This document shows, in pieces, positions 17,005 through 25,027 of a stretch of 29,945 nt of DNA. Below the pieces are notes generated by a model. That model had not been told where the DNA came from. It saw nothing but the letters and a program-made list of their open reading frames with translations, and did no database searches. The translations under genes and the position numbers were made by a program. The stretch's first letter is position 1; each line of letters opens with the position of its first letter. The DNA comes from Chlamydiae bacterium RIFCSPHIGHO2_12_FULL_49_9 (lineage in GTDB: Bacteria > Chlamydiota > Chlamydiia > Chlamydiales > SM23-39): contig MGLY01000019.1 in NCBI GenBank assembly GCA_001794935.1, positions 7,030 to 36,974 of the forward strand, in the 5' to 3' direction.

Positions 17005-17173
17005 GAACCTATCTCAATAAAATTTTTCGTCGATTTTCGAGATTATTTTGGCCGATTTTCGATCCAAATTTGGGGGGCCATATCAACAAGAGTATATTAC
17101 CCCCCAAATTTGGATCGAAAATCGGCTCAAAAGAACTCGAAAATCGACTGAAACTTTTTATTGAGATAGGTTC
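17005..17173. mobile_element. 169-bp palindromic MITE/RPE-like element (family 1, GAACCTATCTCAAT ends)
   Basis: Arms 17005-17077 and 17100-17173 are inverted repeats with perfect blocks of 18, 13 and 27 bp and a 22-nt spacer. AA direct repeat on both flanks. Confidence 0.85.
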
Positions 17174-17179
17174 AAGTCT

Positions 17180-17764
17180 CTAAGAGCGCCTTTTCACTTG
17201 AGCTACAAGGATATTATTCGGATATTCGCCAGCATCTCCTCCCGGTTCAAACGAAATCTCATACTCGGGATTGATCTCGAGCACTTTTTTGACGATCTCT
17301 TCGAGAGTTAAGTAATCAAAGAGAATGGTTCTACAGCAATGGAGATCATCGATAAGGATTGTGTGTGTCTTGATCGAGTGGCGCTTGATCTGCTCTAGCT
17401 CTTCGATGAGGGGTGTGTTTTTTCCTCCGTGTGGATCAGGAGTTCCTAGATGGCCATCCAGCCAGAAGGTGATCTCTTCTTGAATTGGTTCGATCACTTC
17501 CCAGAGTTGATAGGAGGAGTCTCTATGCCAAATGGTCACTCGGGGGTTTTTATTAAACCGCTTTCTACAGTGATTGACAAGTTGCGGCTCAATTTCTAAA
17601 GAGTGGATGTACTCAAATCCCGCTCTTAAGGCCATGCGGATTCCATTGCCCATGTATGATCCAGTTTCGACAAAATATCGGTTGGGGTGAGCACGAAATC
17701 CCTGTGGGCCCATATTCCCAAAAAAAAGAGAGGGGATCAGACTGAGAAAAAATAAAACGCGCAT
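17180..17764 (-). CDS. Exported class I SAM methyltransferase-like protein
   Basis: YFVETGSYMG, IHSLEI, RDSS, TFWLDGH, TPLIEEL..I, ILIDD. Signal peptide MRVLFFLSLIPSLFFG. Confidence 0.75.
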   Translation of the reverse strand: MRVLFFLSLIPSLFFGNMGPQGFRAHPNRYFVETGSYMGNGIRMALRAGFEYIHSLEIEPQLVNHCRKRFNKNPRVTIWHRDSSYQLWEVIEPIQEEITFWLDGHLGTPDPHGGKNTPLIEELEQIKRHSIKTHTILIDDLHCCRTILFDYLTLEEIVKKVLEINPEYEISFEPGGDAGEYPNNILVAQVKRRS

Positions 17765-17798
17765 TCGTTCCTCTTAGTTCAAGTTGACAAGGCGGGGA

Positions 17799-17827
17799 AC
17801 TATAAAATTTGAGTGCGTTGTTGTCAA
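17799..17827 (-). promoter_or_regulatory. sigma66/sigma70-type promoter TTGACA-17-TATAGT
   Basis: -35 at 17827-17822 and -10 at 17804-17799, upstream of ATG 17764. Confidence 0.8.
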
Positions 17828-17836
17828 AAAATAAAC

Positions 17837-17864
17837 AAAAAAGGGCGAGGAAAAATCCTCGCCC
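17837..17864 (-). terminator. Intrinsic terminator of the beta-barrel gene
   Basis: Perfect 9-bp stem GGGCGAGGA/TCCTCGCCC with a 4-nt loop and T6 tail on the minus strand, 10 nt after the stop. Confidence 0.85.
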
Positions 17865-17874
17865 CATGGATAGA

Positions 17875-18468
17875 TTAGAATCCTGCGCCGACAGACAGTT
17901 CAGCGAAAGTCTTTGGAAGGGAGCCAGTTTGTGTAGCTGCAAGCGTTGCTTGGCCCACATCGAGCTGAGCGAATCCGCGGATAGCGCCTTTGCGGTTCAT
18001 TTCATAGCCAAGAGCTACGTTGGAGACGAGTCCCTGGAATCTCTCTGTCTCTTCTGTAGCTGTGCTCTTAATCCAGCCCCATGCGAGACCTGCGCCTGCA
18101 TAAAAGCTCTGGTTTTGAGCTGCGCTCAAGTAGTGGAAGTAGTTCACTTTTGGGAGCGATGCCACATAGCGCTCTGGGCCTCTGTTGTAGTTCGCAGAGA
18201 TATCGATTGCAGATGCGCCCGACACAATGCGGTAGCCGATGCCAAGACCAGGAATGGCATCTCGGTTGGAGAGCTCATTCAGTTTGGAATCAGATACGTC
18301 CATGCGGATGTAAGCAAAAGAAGGATTCGCTTCTTCTACTTTTGGCAGTGGAGCTGCGATTTCAATAGGCGCTGCTGCAATGAGCGCAGGCTGTTCAACA
18401 GCTGCTTCTTGGGCGAACCCAAAAGAACTGGCGATAGTCAATAGTGATGTTGCGATTGTTTTTTTCAT
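17875..18468 (-). CDS. Small outer-membrane beta-barrel protein
   Basis: Signal peptide MKKTIATSLLTIASSFGFA, Ala/Pro-rich linker, amphipathic strands (GLGIGYR, SFYAGAGLAWG, VALGYE) and terminal ..LSVGAGF with C-terminal Phe. Confidence 0.75.
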   Translation of the reverse strand: MKKTIATSLLTIASSFGFAQEAAVEQPALIAAAPIEIAAPLPKVEEANPSFAYIRMDVSDSKLNELSNRDAIPGLGIGYRIVSGASAIDISANYNRGPERYVASLPKVNYFHYLSAAQNQSFYAGAGLAWGWIKSTATEETERFQGLVSNVALGYEMNRKGAIRGFAQLDVGQATLAATQTGSLPKTFAELSVGAGF

Positions 18469-18494
18469 AAAAACCTCAGAATTAAGGAAAGGAT

Positions 18495-18524
18495 ATTATG
18501 AAAAGAGCTGCTCTATTTAAGCAA
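18495..18524 (-). promoter_or_regulatory. Candidate promoter TTGCTT-18-CATAAT for the beta-barrel gene
   Basis: Hexamers at 18524-18519 and 18500-18495; GAGGT RBS before ATG 18468. Confidence 0.4.
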
Positions 18525-18536
18525 CTTAAATAAATT

Positions 18537-19880
18537 TTACGATTCAATATTGCGGCGGACCATCTGGACTTGGCGGCGCAGCGTTTCGTTCATTTGAACC
18601 TGGTCGGTGATCTTTTTCCAGGCGTGAAGAAGGGTTGAGTGCGTTTTGCCGCCAAAGGAGGCTGCAATCTTCATGAGAGAGTCGTCGATCATCTCTTTGG
18701 CCAGATACATCGCGACCTGGCGGGCGAGCGCGATCTCTTTATGGCGCGATTCTCCTTTGATTTCAGAGATGCGCACCTCAAAGACGGCAGCGACGCTCTT
18801 CAGGATCTCCTCGACGGAGATCTTTTTATTGGGAGCGCTGGACTGGAACATCTCGCTGAGAATCTTTTCGACGATCTCCTCGTTGAGATTATTTGACATG
18901 AGCCGCGAGTGGGCGGAGAGACGGTTGATGGCCCCTTCGATTTGCCGGACGTTGTTGTAGATGTGTTCTGCGATGAAAAAGGCGATCTGATTGGGGATAT
19001 TGAGTCCTCGCGATTCAGATTTATGCTTGATGATGGCAACGCGGGTCTCCAGGTCGGGCACTCCCATGTGGGCAACTAAACCCCACTCCATGCGGGCGAC
19101 CATCCTCTCGGAGAGTTTGAGCTGGGCGGGCGGTTTATCGCTGGTGATGACGATTTGCTTATTTTGGTTGAGGAGCGATTCGAAGGTATTGCAAAACTCC
19201 TCTTCGAAATTGAGCCGATTTTGTAAGAACTGAATATCGTCGACGAGAAGCACGTCGAGGTTGCGGTAAAAGCGCTTCATCTTGTCGATCGATTTATTGC
19301 GAAGGTGATCGACGATGTCATTGATGAACCCTTCTGTCGTGATCGCCTGGATTCGGAGCTTTTTGTGATGTTCGGAAACGTAGTGGCCAATGCTGTGAAG
19401 TAAGTGCGTCTTTCCAAGGCCGACGCCGCCGTGGATAAAGAGGGGATTGTACGATTTACCGGGTCTTGCGGCAACGCCGACCGCAGCCGACTTGACGAAC
19501 TGATTCGACGGGCCTTCTATAAAATTGTCGAAGACGTAGAGATGGTTGAGTTTGAGCTCGTAGGGAGAGGGCTCCTTTTCAGGCTTTTCTTGCGGCGCAG
19601 AAACTGGTGCGTTTTCTTGTTTCTGAGAAGCTGAAATGGAGAAGCGAATGGCTGGCTCGCCAGATCCTTTTAAAGGCAAGAAGTTGCAGAGAACATCTTT
19701 AAAGTTGTCGAGGAGATATTCCTGCACAAAAATGTTTGGAACTTCGAGCTGGATTTCATGGGGAGTTGCTTCGATCAGCTGGATGGGAGCGATCCAGTTT
19801 TGAAACTCTGCAGACGAACAGCGCGACTCGATGAAATCGATGAATTGGGCCCAGGAGTTTTTGACTTCGCAATCGAGCAT
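18537..19880 (-). CDS. dnaA: Chromosomal replication initiator DnaA (chlamydial DnaA2/CT275 type)
   Basis: [53 protein letters not shown]-terminus [13 protein letters not shown] resembles CT275. Start at ATG 19880. Confidence 0.97.
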   Translation of the reverse strand: MLDCEVKNSWAQFIDFIESRCSSAEFQNWIAPIQLIEATPHEIQLEVPNIFVQEYLLDNFKDVLCNFLPLKGSGEPAIRFSISASQKQENAPVSAPQEKPEKEPSPYELKLNHLYVFDNFIEGPSNQFVKSAAVGVAARPGKSYNPLFIHGGVGLGKTHLLHSIGHYVSEHHKKLRIQAITTEGFINDIVDHLRNKSIDKMKRFYRNLDVLLVDDIQFLQNRLNFEEEFCNTFESLLNQNKQIVITSDKPPAQLKLSERMVARMEWGLVAHMGVPDLETRVAIIKHKSESRGLNIPNQIAFFIAEHIYNNVRQIEGAINRLSAHSRLMSNNLNEEIVEKILSEMFQSSAPNKKISVEEILKSVAAVFEVRISEIKGESRHKEIALARQVAMYLAKEMIDDSLMKIAASFGGKTHSTLLHAWKKITDQVQMNETLRRQVQMVRRNIES

Positions 19881-19918
19881 ATTTTTCAGGGAGAGTTTGG
19901 TTGTACGTCCAAGCGTTG

Positions 19919-19948
19919 AATGTAGCAAGGAGATTTGGATGCTTGCAA
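19919..19948 (-). promoter_or_regulatory. Candidate internal dnaA promoter TTGCAA-18-TACATT
   Basis: Hexamers at 19948-19943 and 19924-19919 in the 83-bp gap before dnaA. Confidence 0.35.
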
Positions 19949-19963
19949 GGAAAAAAAGAGGGA

Positions 19964-20359
19964 TTATCTATAAGCGAGGAGAAGAGCTGCCGCTTGCGAG
20001 GAAATTTCTCTATTTTCCGATTTTTCCAACTCGATGGCTTGGATCAGCCCTTGTCTTTTGTAGCCGAGCATGAAAAGAGCTTTTGCCCGGTTGAGTTGCG
20101 TTGGAAGGTGGGAGGGATCGACTTTGAGGGCGCGATCGAGAAGCTCGAGCGCTTTTAAGCCGTTGCCCTGTTGCAGGTAGAGAGCTCCGATGGTTTGTAG
20201 ATCGTAGGCGTTGGAAGGGGAAAGAACAAGGAGCGCGTCGAAGAAGGTGAGCGCTACATCGTAAATGCCCTGTCTGATGTAGGAATAGGCCACATAGCGC
20301 AAATCTTCGATCTCTGTTCTGCCCCAGCCGAGGATCTCCAGCCAATTCGTCCCGTTCAT
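19964..20359 (-). CDS. TPR protein, SycD/LcrH-like chaperone (CT274 homolog)
   Basis: [27 protein letters not shown]...YD.QT.GALYLQ pattern as in CT274, and syntenic with dnaA2. Confidence 0.88.
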   Translation of the reverse strand: MNGTNWLEILGWGRTEIEDLRYVAYSYIRQGIYDVALTFFDALLVLSPSNAYDLQTIGALYLQQGNGLKALELLDRALKVDPSHLPTQLNRAKALFMLGYKRQGLIQAIELEKSENREISSQAAALLLAYR

Positions 20360-20360
20360 C

Positions 20361-20840
20361 TCATCCTCTTTGATATTGGTTGCGCTTTGCGTTGATTAAG
20401 GAAAGCGTCTTGTCGAGTTTTTTAATGCACTCTAGAAGGGCGAGGAGGACTTGCCTCTCTTGCTCCTCCTTGTCGTCTTGGCCCTGGTTATCCTTATAAG
20501 GCTTATTCAGCGCATCTTGCAGGCTCTCTATTTTGTCGGCATCGGCCTCCTGCTTTTCCGATCCGCCGAGAGAGGGGATCAACTGGTAACTGAAGACCGT
20601 TTTCGCTTCCATATAATAGTTGGAAGGAGCGGCAAAGGCTGCCCAGAGAATTTGTTTGCCCGGCGTGAAGAGTTGTTCAAACTCGCTGGGAACGTAGGGC
20701 TTTAAGGTGGGCTGCTCCGCTTTTTGAGGAATGAAGCGCGAGTCTTGTAGGAAGCGCGCGTCGAGAATTTCCTGATCTTTGGCATACCGTTTTGATGAGT
20801 CAACGCCCAAGTTATCAATCGTGCGCGGCTTCATACTCAT
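20361..20840 (-). CDS. Conserved chlamydial protein (CT273/DUF5399-like)
   Basis: WAAFAAPSNYY..FSYQLIPSLGGSEKQEAD.DKI and terminal RNQYQRG resemble CT273 (..FQFVQG). Syntenic; start at ATG 20840. Confidence 0.8.
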   Translation of the reverse strand: MSMKPRTIDNLGVDSSKRYAKDQEILDARFLQDSRFIPQKAEQPTLKPYVPSEFEQLFTPGKQILWAAFAAPSNYYMEAKTVFSYQLIPSLGGSEKQEADADKIESLQDALNKPYKDNQGQDDKEEQERQVLLALLECIKKLDKTLSLINAKRNQYQRG

Positions 20841-20886
20841 ATATGGTAGTCCTCTCGTCCTTATCCTGATTCTATCAGCGTCTCCT

Positions 20887-21177
20887 TTTTTCACAAACGT
20901 TTCGAAAGAAAGGTGGAAAAATAGAAGTTAAGAAATAGATAGTCGGGGACGGAGTCCCCCCGCTACCCCTCCAATCTTTTATCCTGCCAGCGCTTCGCCG
21001 ATCCTGTTCCTTTTTTCCACTGCTAAGGACTTTTGGTGGAAACTGTGAACAATCCTTCCACCTCCCTGTGGATTTGTTTGTAAGTTGTTTTTATGCAGAT
21101 GTTTGCGATGTTTATTTTGGGTGTTGGAAAAGTGGGGAAAGGGTGAGTTTTGAACAACGTTTCCACAATTTTCCACA
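20887..21177. promoter_or_regulatory. Cluster of DnaA-box-like 9-mers (TTWTNCACA) in divergent intergenic region
   Basis: Perfect boxes TTTTTCACA (20887-20895) and TTTTCCACA (21169-21177). One-mismatch boxes at 20912-20920(-), 21013-21021(+), 21044-21052(-) and 21159-21167(+). Confidence 0.55.
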
Positions 21178-21282
21178 AAGCCTCCGCAAGATTTTTTTGG
21201 TGTCTAATCCGCTGATTCCAAAGTGGTTTAGAGAAAGCTTGGAAAATTGTTTTCGAAAAGGAATTGCGCAGATTTAGATTTC

Positions 21283-21309
21283 GTGGCTAACATGTGGAAG
21301 AACGTGGAA
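21283..21309 (+). promoter_or_regulatory. MraZ-binding repeats (three GTGG units at 10-11 bp pitch)
   Basis: GTGGCT-AACAT-GTGGAA-GAAC-GTGGAA directly upstream of the mraZ start. This matches the known GTGG-core 10-bp direct repeats bound by MraZ. Confidence 0.7.
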
Positions 21310-21315
21310 ATGCAC

Positions 21316-21861
21316 ATGAGTGGGTTCTTCTTCAGCGGTTCTTCGGTGGCAAAACTCGACGACAAGGGGAGATTCGTTCTTCCCCAGTCGATGCGCTACG
21401 GCCTTGTTGAAGGGGGAAAGTGCGAATTCGTGATCGGTCTGGGGCTTGGCGGATGCTTGGCCATCTATCGCAAAAGCGTCATCGATAAAATCGTCGCAAA
21501 ATTCCAACAAAATCAGCACGTGGCGAAGTTTCAAAAGTTTTTCACTTTGTTCTTCTCAACGCTGCACCAGACAGAGTGCGACAAATTGGGACGCGTGGCG
21601 ATACCGGCCACACTAAAGAGCGCAATCGGCATCCAGAGAGAGATGGTTGTCGCAGGCGTTATGGACAAGATCGAGCTTTGGCCAAAAGAGGTTTATGACA
21701 GAAACCTGCGCAGCCTTTTAGAGGGTGCGTTGAGCGAAATGAGCCTTGCGAAAATGACGGAAGAGGCGTTTGCCCTCCTTCAAGACAGTGAAGAAGCTCC
21801 AAAGACCGAAGCTACAAGCGAACTGAATCCCCTGTACTTTGCCACAGCTTCAAAGGCATGA
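21316..21861 (+). CDS. mraZ: Division/cell wall cluster transcriptional repressor MraZ
   Basis: KLDDKGRFVLP and CDKLGRVAIP SpoVT-AbrB repeats, GVMDKIELW; upstream of rsmH. Start ATG 21316 (or 21310). Confidence 0.93.
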   Translation: MSGFFFSGSSVAKLDDKGRFVLPQSMRYGLVEGGKCEFVIGLGLGGCLAIYRKSVIDKIVAKFQQNQHVAKFQKFFTLFFSTLHQTECDKLGRVAIPATLKSAIGIQREMVVAGVMDKIELWPKEVYDRNLRSLLEGALSEMSLAKMTEEAFALLQDSEEAPKTEATSELNPLYFATASKA

Positions 21862-22730
21862 GAAGCCCGCACATACCGGTGCTCCTTCGGGAAGTGCTCC
21901 ATGTTTTTGAAGGGATTAAGATTAAGACCTTTTTCGAAGGGACGCTCGGCGCGGGCGGCCATGCAAAAGCGATCATGGATGCGCACCCGGAGATCGAGCG
22001 GTATGTCGGATGCGATCGAGATCCGAAGGCGCTCGCCCTTGCAAAAGAGGTTTTGGCCCCCTGGGGGGAAAAAGTGGAATTGATCCACGGCAGCTACGCA
22101 GACGTAGCGAAGATTTTGGATGAACTCGGCATCGATGGCATCGATGGGTTTCTGATAGATATCGGGGTCTCATCCATGCAGCTCGATGAGAGGGAGCGGG
22201 GATTTAGCTTTATGGGGGATGCGCCGCTCGATATGCGGATGGATCCCGACGGGAAGCTGACTGCTGAAGAGATTGTCAACCGCTATCCGGAAAAAGAACT
22301 GGCGCGGATTTTTTTCGAGTATGGAGAAGAGCGGAGATCGAGACAGGTTGCAAAAGCGATCGCAGAGGCGCGGCGCAAAAAAAAGATCCAGACCACAAAA
22401 CAGCTCGTGGATGTGATCCGGCCGGTAGCCACCAGAGGAAGGCTGCATCCGGCAACGCTTGTGTTTCAGGCGCTTCGGATTGCGGTCAACGATGAGCTCG
22501 GCCAGCTTGAAAAAGGATTAAAGGCGGCGACTGAGAAGCTGAATCCGGATGGGAGAATCGCTGTGATCTCGTTTCATAGTTTGGAAGATCGGATTGTAAA
22601 AAACCGATTTCGGGACGAGAAAGAAAAACTGAAAGTGATAACAAAAAAACCGGTCGGGCCGGACCTCGAGGAGATCAAGATGAATCCTCGGTCTAGAAGT
22701 GCGAAGTTGAGAGCGGCGGAGAGGATATGA
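21858..22730 (+). CDS. rsmH: 16S rRNA m4C1402 methyltransferase RsmH
   Basis: HIPVLLREV, GTLGAGGHA, DIGVSSMQLD, APLDMRMD, HPATLVFQALRIAVN, ISFHSLEDR, NPRSRSAKLRAAE. Confidence 0.98.
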   Translation: MRSPHIPVLLREVLHVFEGIKIKTFFEGTLGAGGHAKAIMDAHPEIERYVGCDRDPKALALAKEVLAPWGEKVELIHGSYADVAKILDELGIDGIDGFLIDIGVSSMQLDERERGFSFMGDAPLDMRMDPDGKLTAEEIVNRYPEKELARIFFEYGEERRSRQVAKAIAEARRKKKIQTTKQLVDVIRPVATRGRLHPATLVFQALRIAVNDELGQLEKGLKAATEKLNPDGRIAVISFHSLEDRIVKNRFRDEKEKLKVITKKPVGPDLEEIKMNPRSRSAKLRAAERI

Positions 22731-23026
22731 AAGGGCTATTAGTAAGACTTGCGGTGTGTCTTACCGTATTTGGACTTTTTCTCTATTCTTATCTCGACAT
22801 GCAAAACGAGCTGACCCAGTTGAAGATCCAATTGCCGGAAGTTGAAAAGGATTTGAGACTTGTGCGCGAAGAGTCGCGCCGTCTCAACTACGAAATCGAG
22901 CAGTTGGAAAGCCCGGCAAGGCTGATCGAACTTGCCCACCACCCAGAATACAGCCATCTCAAGCATCCGCTGCTCCGAGAGATTTTAACAGTCCCTGAAG
23001 CTTTTGCCACAAATGATCTCCCTTAG
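22727..23026 (+). CDS. ftsL: Cell division protein FtsL-like (CT271 homolog)
   Basis: Short TM helix plus coiled coil and ESPARL motif, located between rsmH and pbp3. Confidence 0.8.
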   Translation: MKGLLVRLAVCLTVFGLFLYSYLDMQNELTQLKIQLPEVEKDLRLVREESRRLNYEIEQLESPARLIELAHHPEYSHLKHPLLREILTVPEAFATNDLP

Positions 23027-23029
23027 TTT

Positions 23030-25027
23030 ATGAATTCCCAGCCAGTCGGATCGCCAGAGCGCAAGCGGCTCGTCATCATCGCCGTTTTTCTGTCGGTTCT
23101 CTTTTGCTTTCTCATCATTCGCTTCTACTACATCCAAATCGTAGAAGGGGAAAAGTGGACGAAGGTCGCTCTCGCCCAGCACCAATACGTCGCCACCGTT
23201 CCCTTTATGCGCGGCTCTTTTTACTCAAATACTGAGGTCAAGAGGGGCCATCCGGGAGAGGATCAGCCCTTTGTCGTAGACGTTCCGAAATTTCACCTCT
23301 TCATCGATCCCGATTCGATTCCTGAAGGATGCAAGAAGAAGATGGTGGAGCAGATGTCCCATCTCCTCCAGACTCCCAAAGAGAAGCTTATCTTTGAGTT
23401 TTACCGCAAAAGCCGCAGTCGAAAAATAGCGAGCTGGCTGAGCCGCGAGCAAAGACAAAAGGTGGAGCAGTGGTGGAGTGAATTGATCAAGACGGAGAAG
23501 GTCGTCAGGAACGGGATTTTTTTCCTTTCCGATTATCAGCGCTCCTACCCGTTTGGAACCATGCTCGGTCCGGTTCTTCACACCGTTCAGGGAGATAAAG
23601 ATCCAGAAACGGGCCAAAGTTTGCCAACGGGCGGACTTGAAATGCTCTTCAACTCCTATTTAAGGGGAAAGCAGGGAAAAAGGTTGATTGTCCGCTCTCC
23701 GCGCCATCCTCTCGATACCGGAAAAATTTTGGAAGCTCCGGAAAATGGCGCCGATATCTATTTGACCATCAACCACTACCTGCAAGCGATTGCTGAAACA
23801 GAGCTTGCCAAAGGTGTAAAGACTGCAAATGCCAAGGGCGGCTGGGCTGTCATGATGGATCCGAGAACGGGAGAGATTTTAGCGTTGGCCCAAATGCCCC
23901 CGTTTGATCCGTCTCGCTATGCCGATTATTTCAACGATCCAAGCTTGCAAGAGAGAACGAGAGTCAGGGCGGTCACCGACTGCTTTGAGCCGGGCTCGAT
24001 TTTCAAGCCGATCACGATGGCGATCTGTTTAAAAGCCAATGAAGAGTTGAAGGCCAAGGGGAAAAAACCAATTTTTGATCCCGATGAGAAAATCCCCACA
24101 GTAAACGGCTGGTTCCCCGGGAGGAGCACACCTTTAAAAGATGGGAGAACTCACGCCTTTCTCAACATGGAGATGGGACTTCAAAAATCCTCAAACATCT
24201 ACATGGCGCGCATTGCTCAAAGACTTGTCGAGACGATGGGGGATCAGTGGTATAGGAGCGCCCTTTCAGATCTCTTTGGTTTCGGGAAAAAAACGCAAAT
24301 CGACCTTCCCGCTGAAAGTGGGGGCTTGGTTCCCACTCCGGGGAAACTCCACCCAAACGGGAAACTCGAGTGGTCTTTGCCTACGCCTTATTCCCTTGCA
24401 ATTGGCCACAACATCTTAATCAACAGCATCCAGATTGTGAGAGCTTACGCGATCATCGCCAACGGCGGCTACGATGTGCAGCCTCACCTGGTTCGAAAGA
24501 TCGTGAAGAAGAAAGAGGACGGGAGCCAGCAGATTCTCGTCGACAACACGGCCTATCGCGGCGGCAAGCCTATTTTGAGCAGTCAGATTACAAAGAGGAT
24601 CGTGAGGGGACTTAAATACATTACGAAGGAAGGGGGCACTTCGAAAAGAGCCGACATCTCGGGATATACTGAGGCAGGAAAATCGGGGACGTCGGAAAAG
24701 ATCGTTGATGGGATCTACTCAAAAGATCATCATATCTCTTCCTTTTTGGGGTTTGCGCCGGCAGATAACCCGCGGTTTGTGCTTCTCATCTCTCTCGACG
24801 ATCCGGAAAAGAAGTTTATCCCGGGAGTGGGCAAGCACCAGCATGGAGGTGTCTGTGCGGCGCCGATCTTTAAAGAGATCGCCACCCGATCGCTCCAGTA
24901 TCTCGGGGTTGCCCCCGATGACCCATATGGTTATCCGCCGGGAGATCCGAGACGCGATGCGAATCGGGCCGACTGGACTTTGCAAGTGCAAAAACTCAAA
25001 GAGCTCTACGAGAGCTGGAATCGATGA
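23030..25027 (+). CDS. ftsI: Penicillin-binding protein 3 (FtsI)
   Basis: FEPGSIFK (SxxK), KSSN (SxN), GKSGT (K[ST]G); N-terminal TM helix. Confidence 0.96.
   Translation: MNSQPVGSPERKRLVIIAVFLSVLFCFLIIRFYYIQIVEGEKWTKVALAQHQYVATVPFMRGSFYSNTEVKRGHPGEDQPFVVDVPKFHLFIDPDSIPEGCKKKMVEQMSHLLQTPKEKLIFEFYRKSRSRKIASWLSREQRQKVEQWWSELIKTEKVVRNGIFFLSDYQRSYPFGTMLGPVLHTVQGDKDPETGQSLPTGGLEMLFNSYLRGKQGKRLIVRSPRHPLDTGKILEAPENGADIYLTINHYLQAIAETELAKGVKTANAKGGWAVMMDPRTGEILALAQMPPFDPSRYADYFNDPSLQERTRVRAVTDCFEPGSIFKPITMAICLKANEELKAKGKKPIFDPDEKIPTVNGWFPGRSTPLKDGRTHAFLNMEMGLQKSSNIYMARIAQRLVETMGDQWYRSALSDLFGFGKKTQIDLPAESGGLVPTPGKLHPNGKLEWSLPTPYSLAIGHNILINSIQIVRAYAIIANGGYDVQPHLVRKIVKKKEDGSQQILVDNTAYRGGKPILSSQITKRIVRGLKYITKEGGTSKRADISGYTEAGKSGTSEKIVDGIYSKDHHISSFLGFAPADNPRFVLLISLDDPEKKFIPGVGKHQHGGVCAAPIFKEIATRSLQYLGVAPDDPYGYPPGDPRRDANRADWTLQVQKLKELYESWNR

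Noticed and set aside
17784-17806. Plus-strand TTGACA...TATAAA
   Set aside because: The spacer is only 11 nt and there is no plus-strand gene downstream. The TATA bases belong to the minus-strand promoter.
17809-18444. 211-aa plus-strand ORF
   Set aside because: Antisense shadow of the beta-barrel gene that crosses its terminator. The Cys-rich sequence has no domain signature.
20945-20959. Short GC palindromes GGGGAC-gga-GTCCCC (and AGGGGA-gt-TCCCCT at 29491-29504)
   Set aside because: They have 6-bp stems without U-tracts and occur once each. They could be operators but cannot be supported from sequence alone.
20979-21277. 65-aa (-) and 69-aa (+) ORFs in the dnaA/mraZ intergenic region
   Set aside because: They are translations of DnaA/MraZ-box repeats and the T-rich tract, with no RBS and atypical composition.
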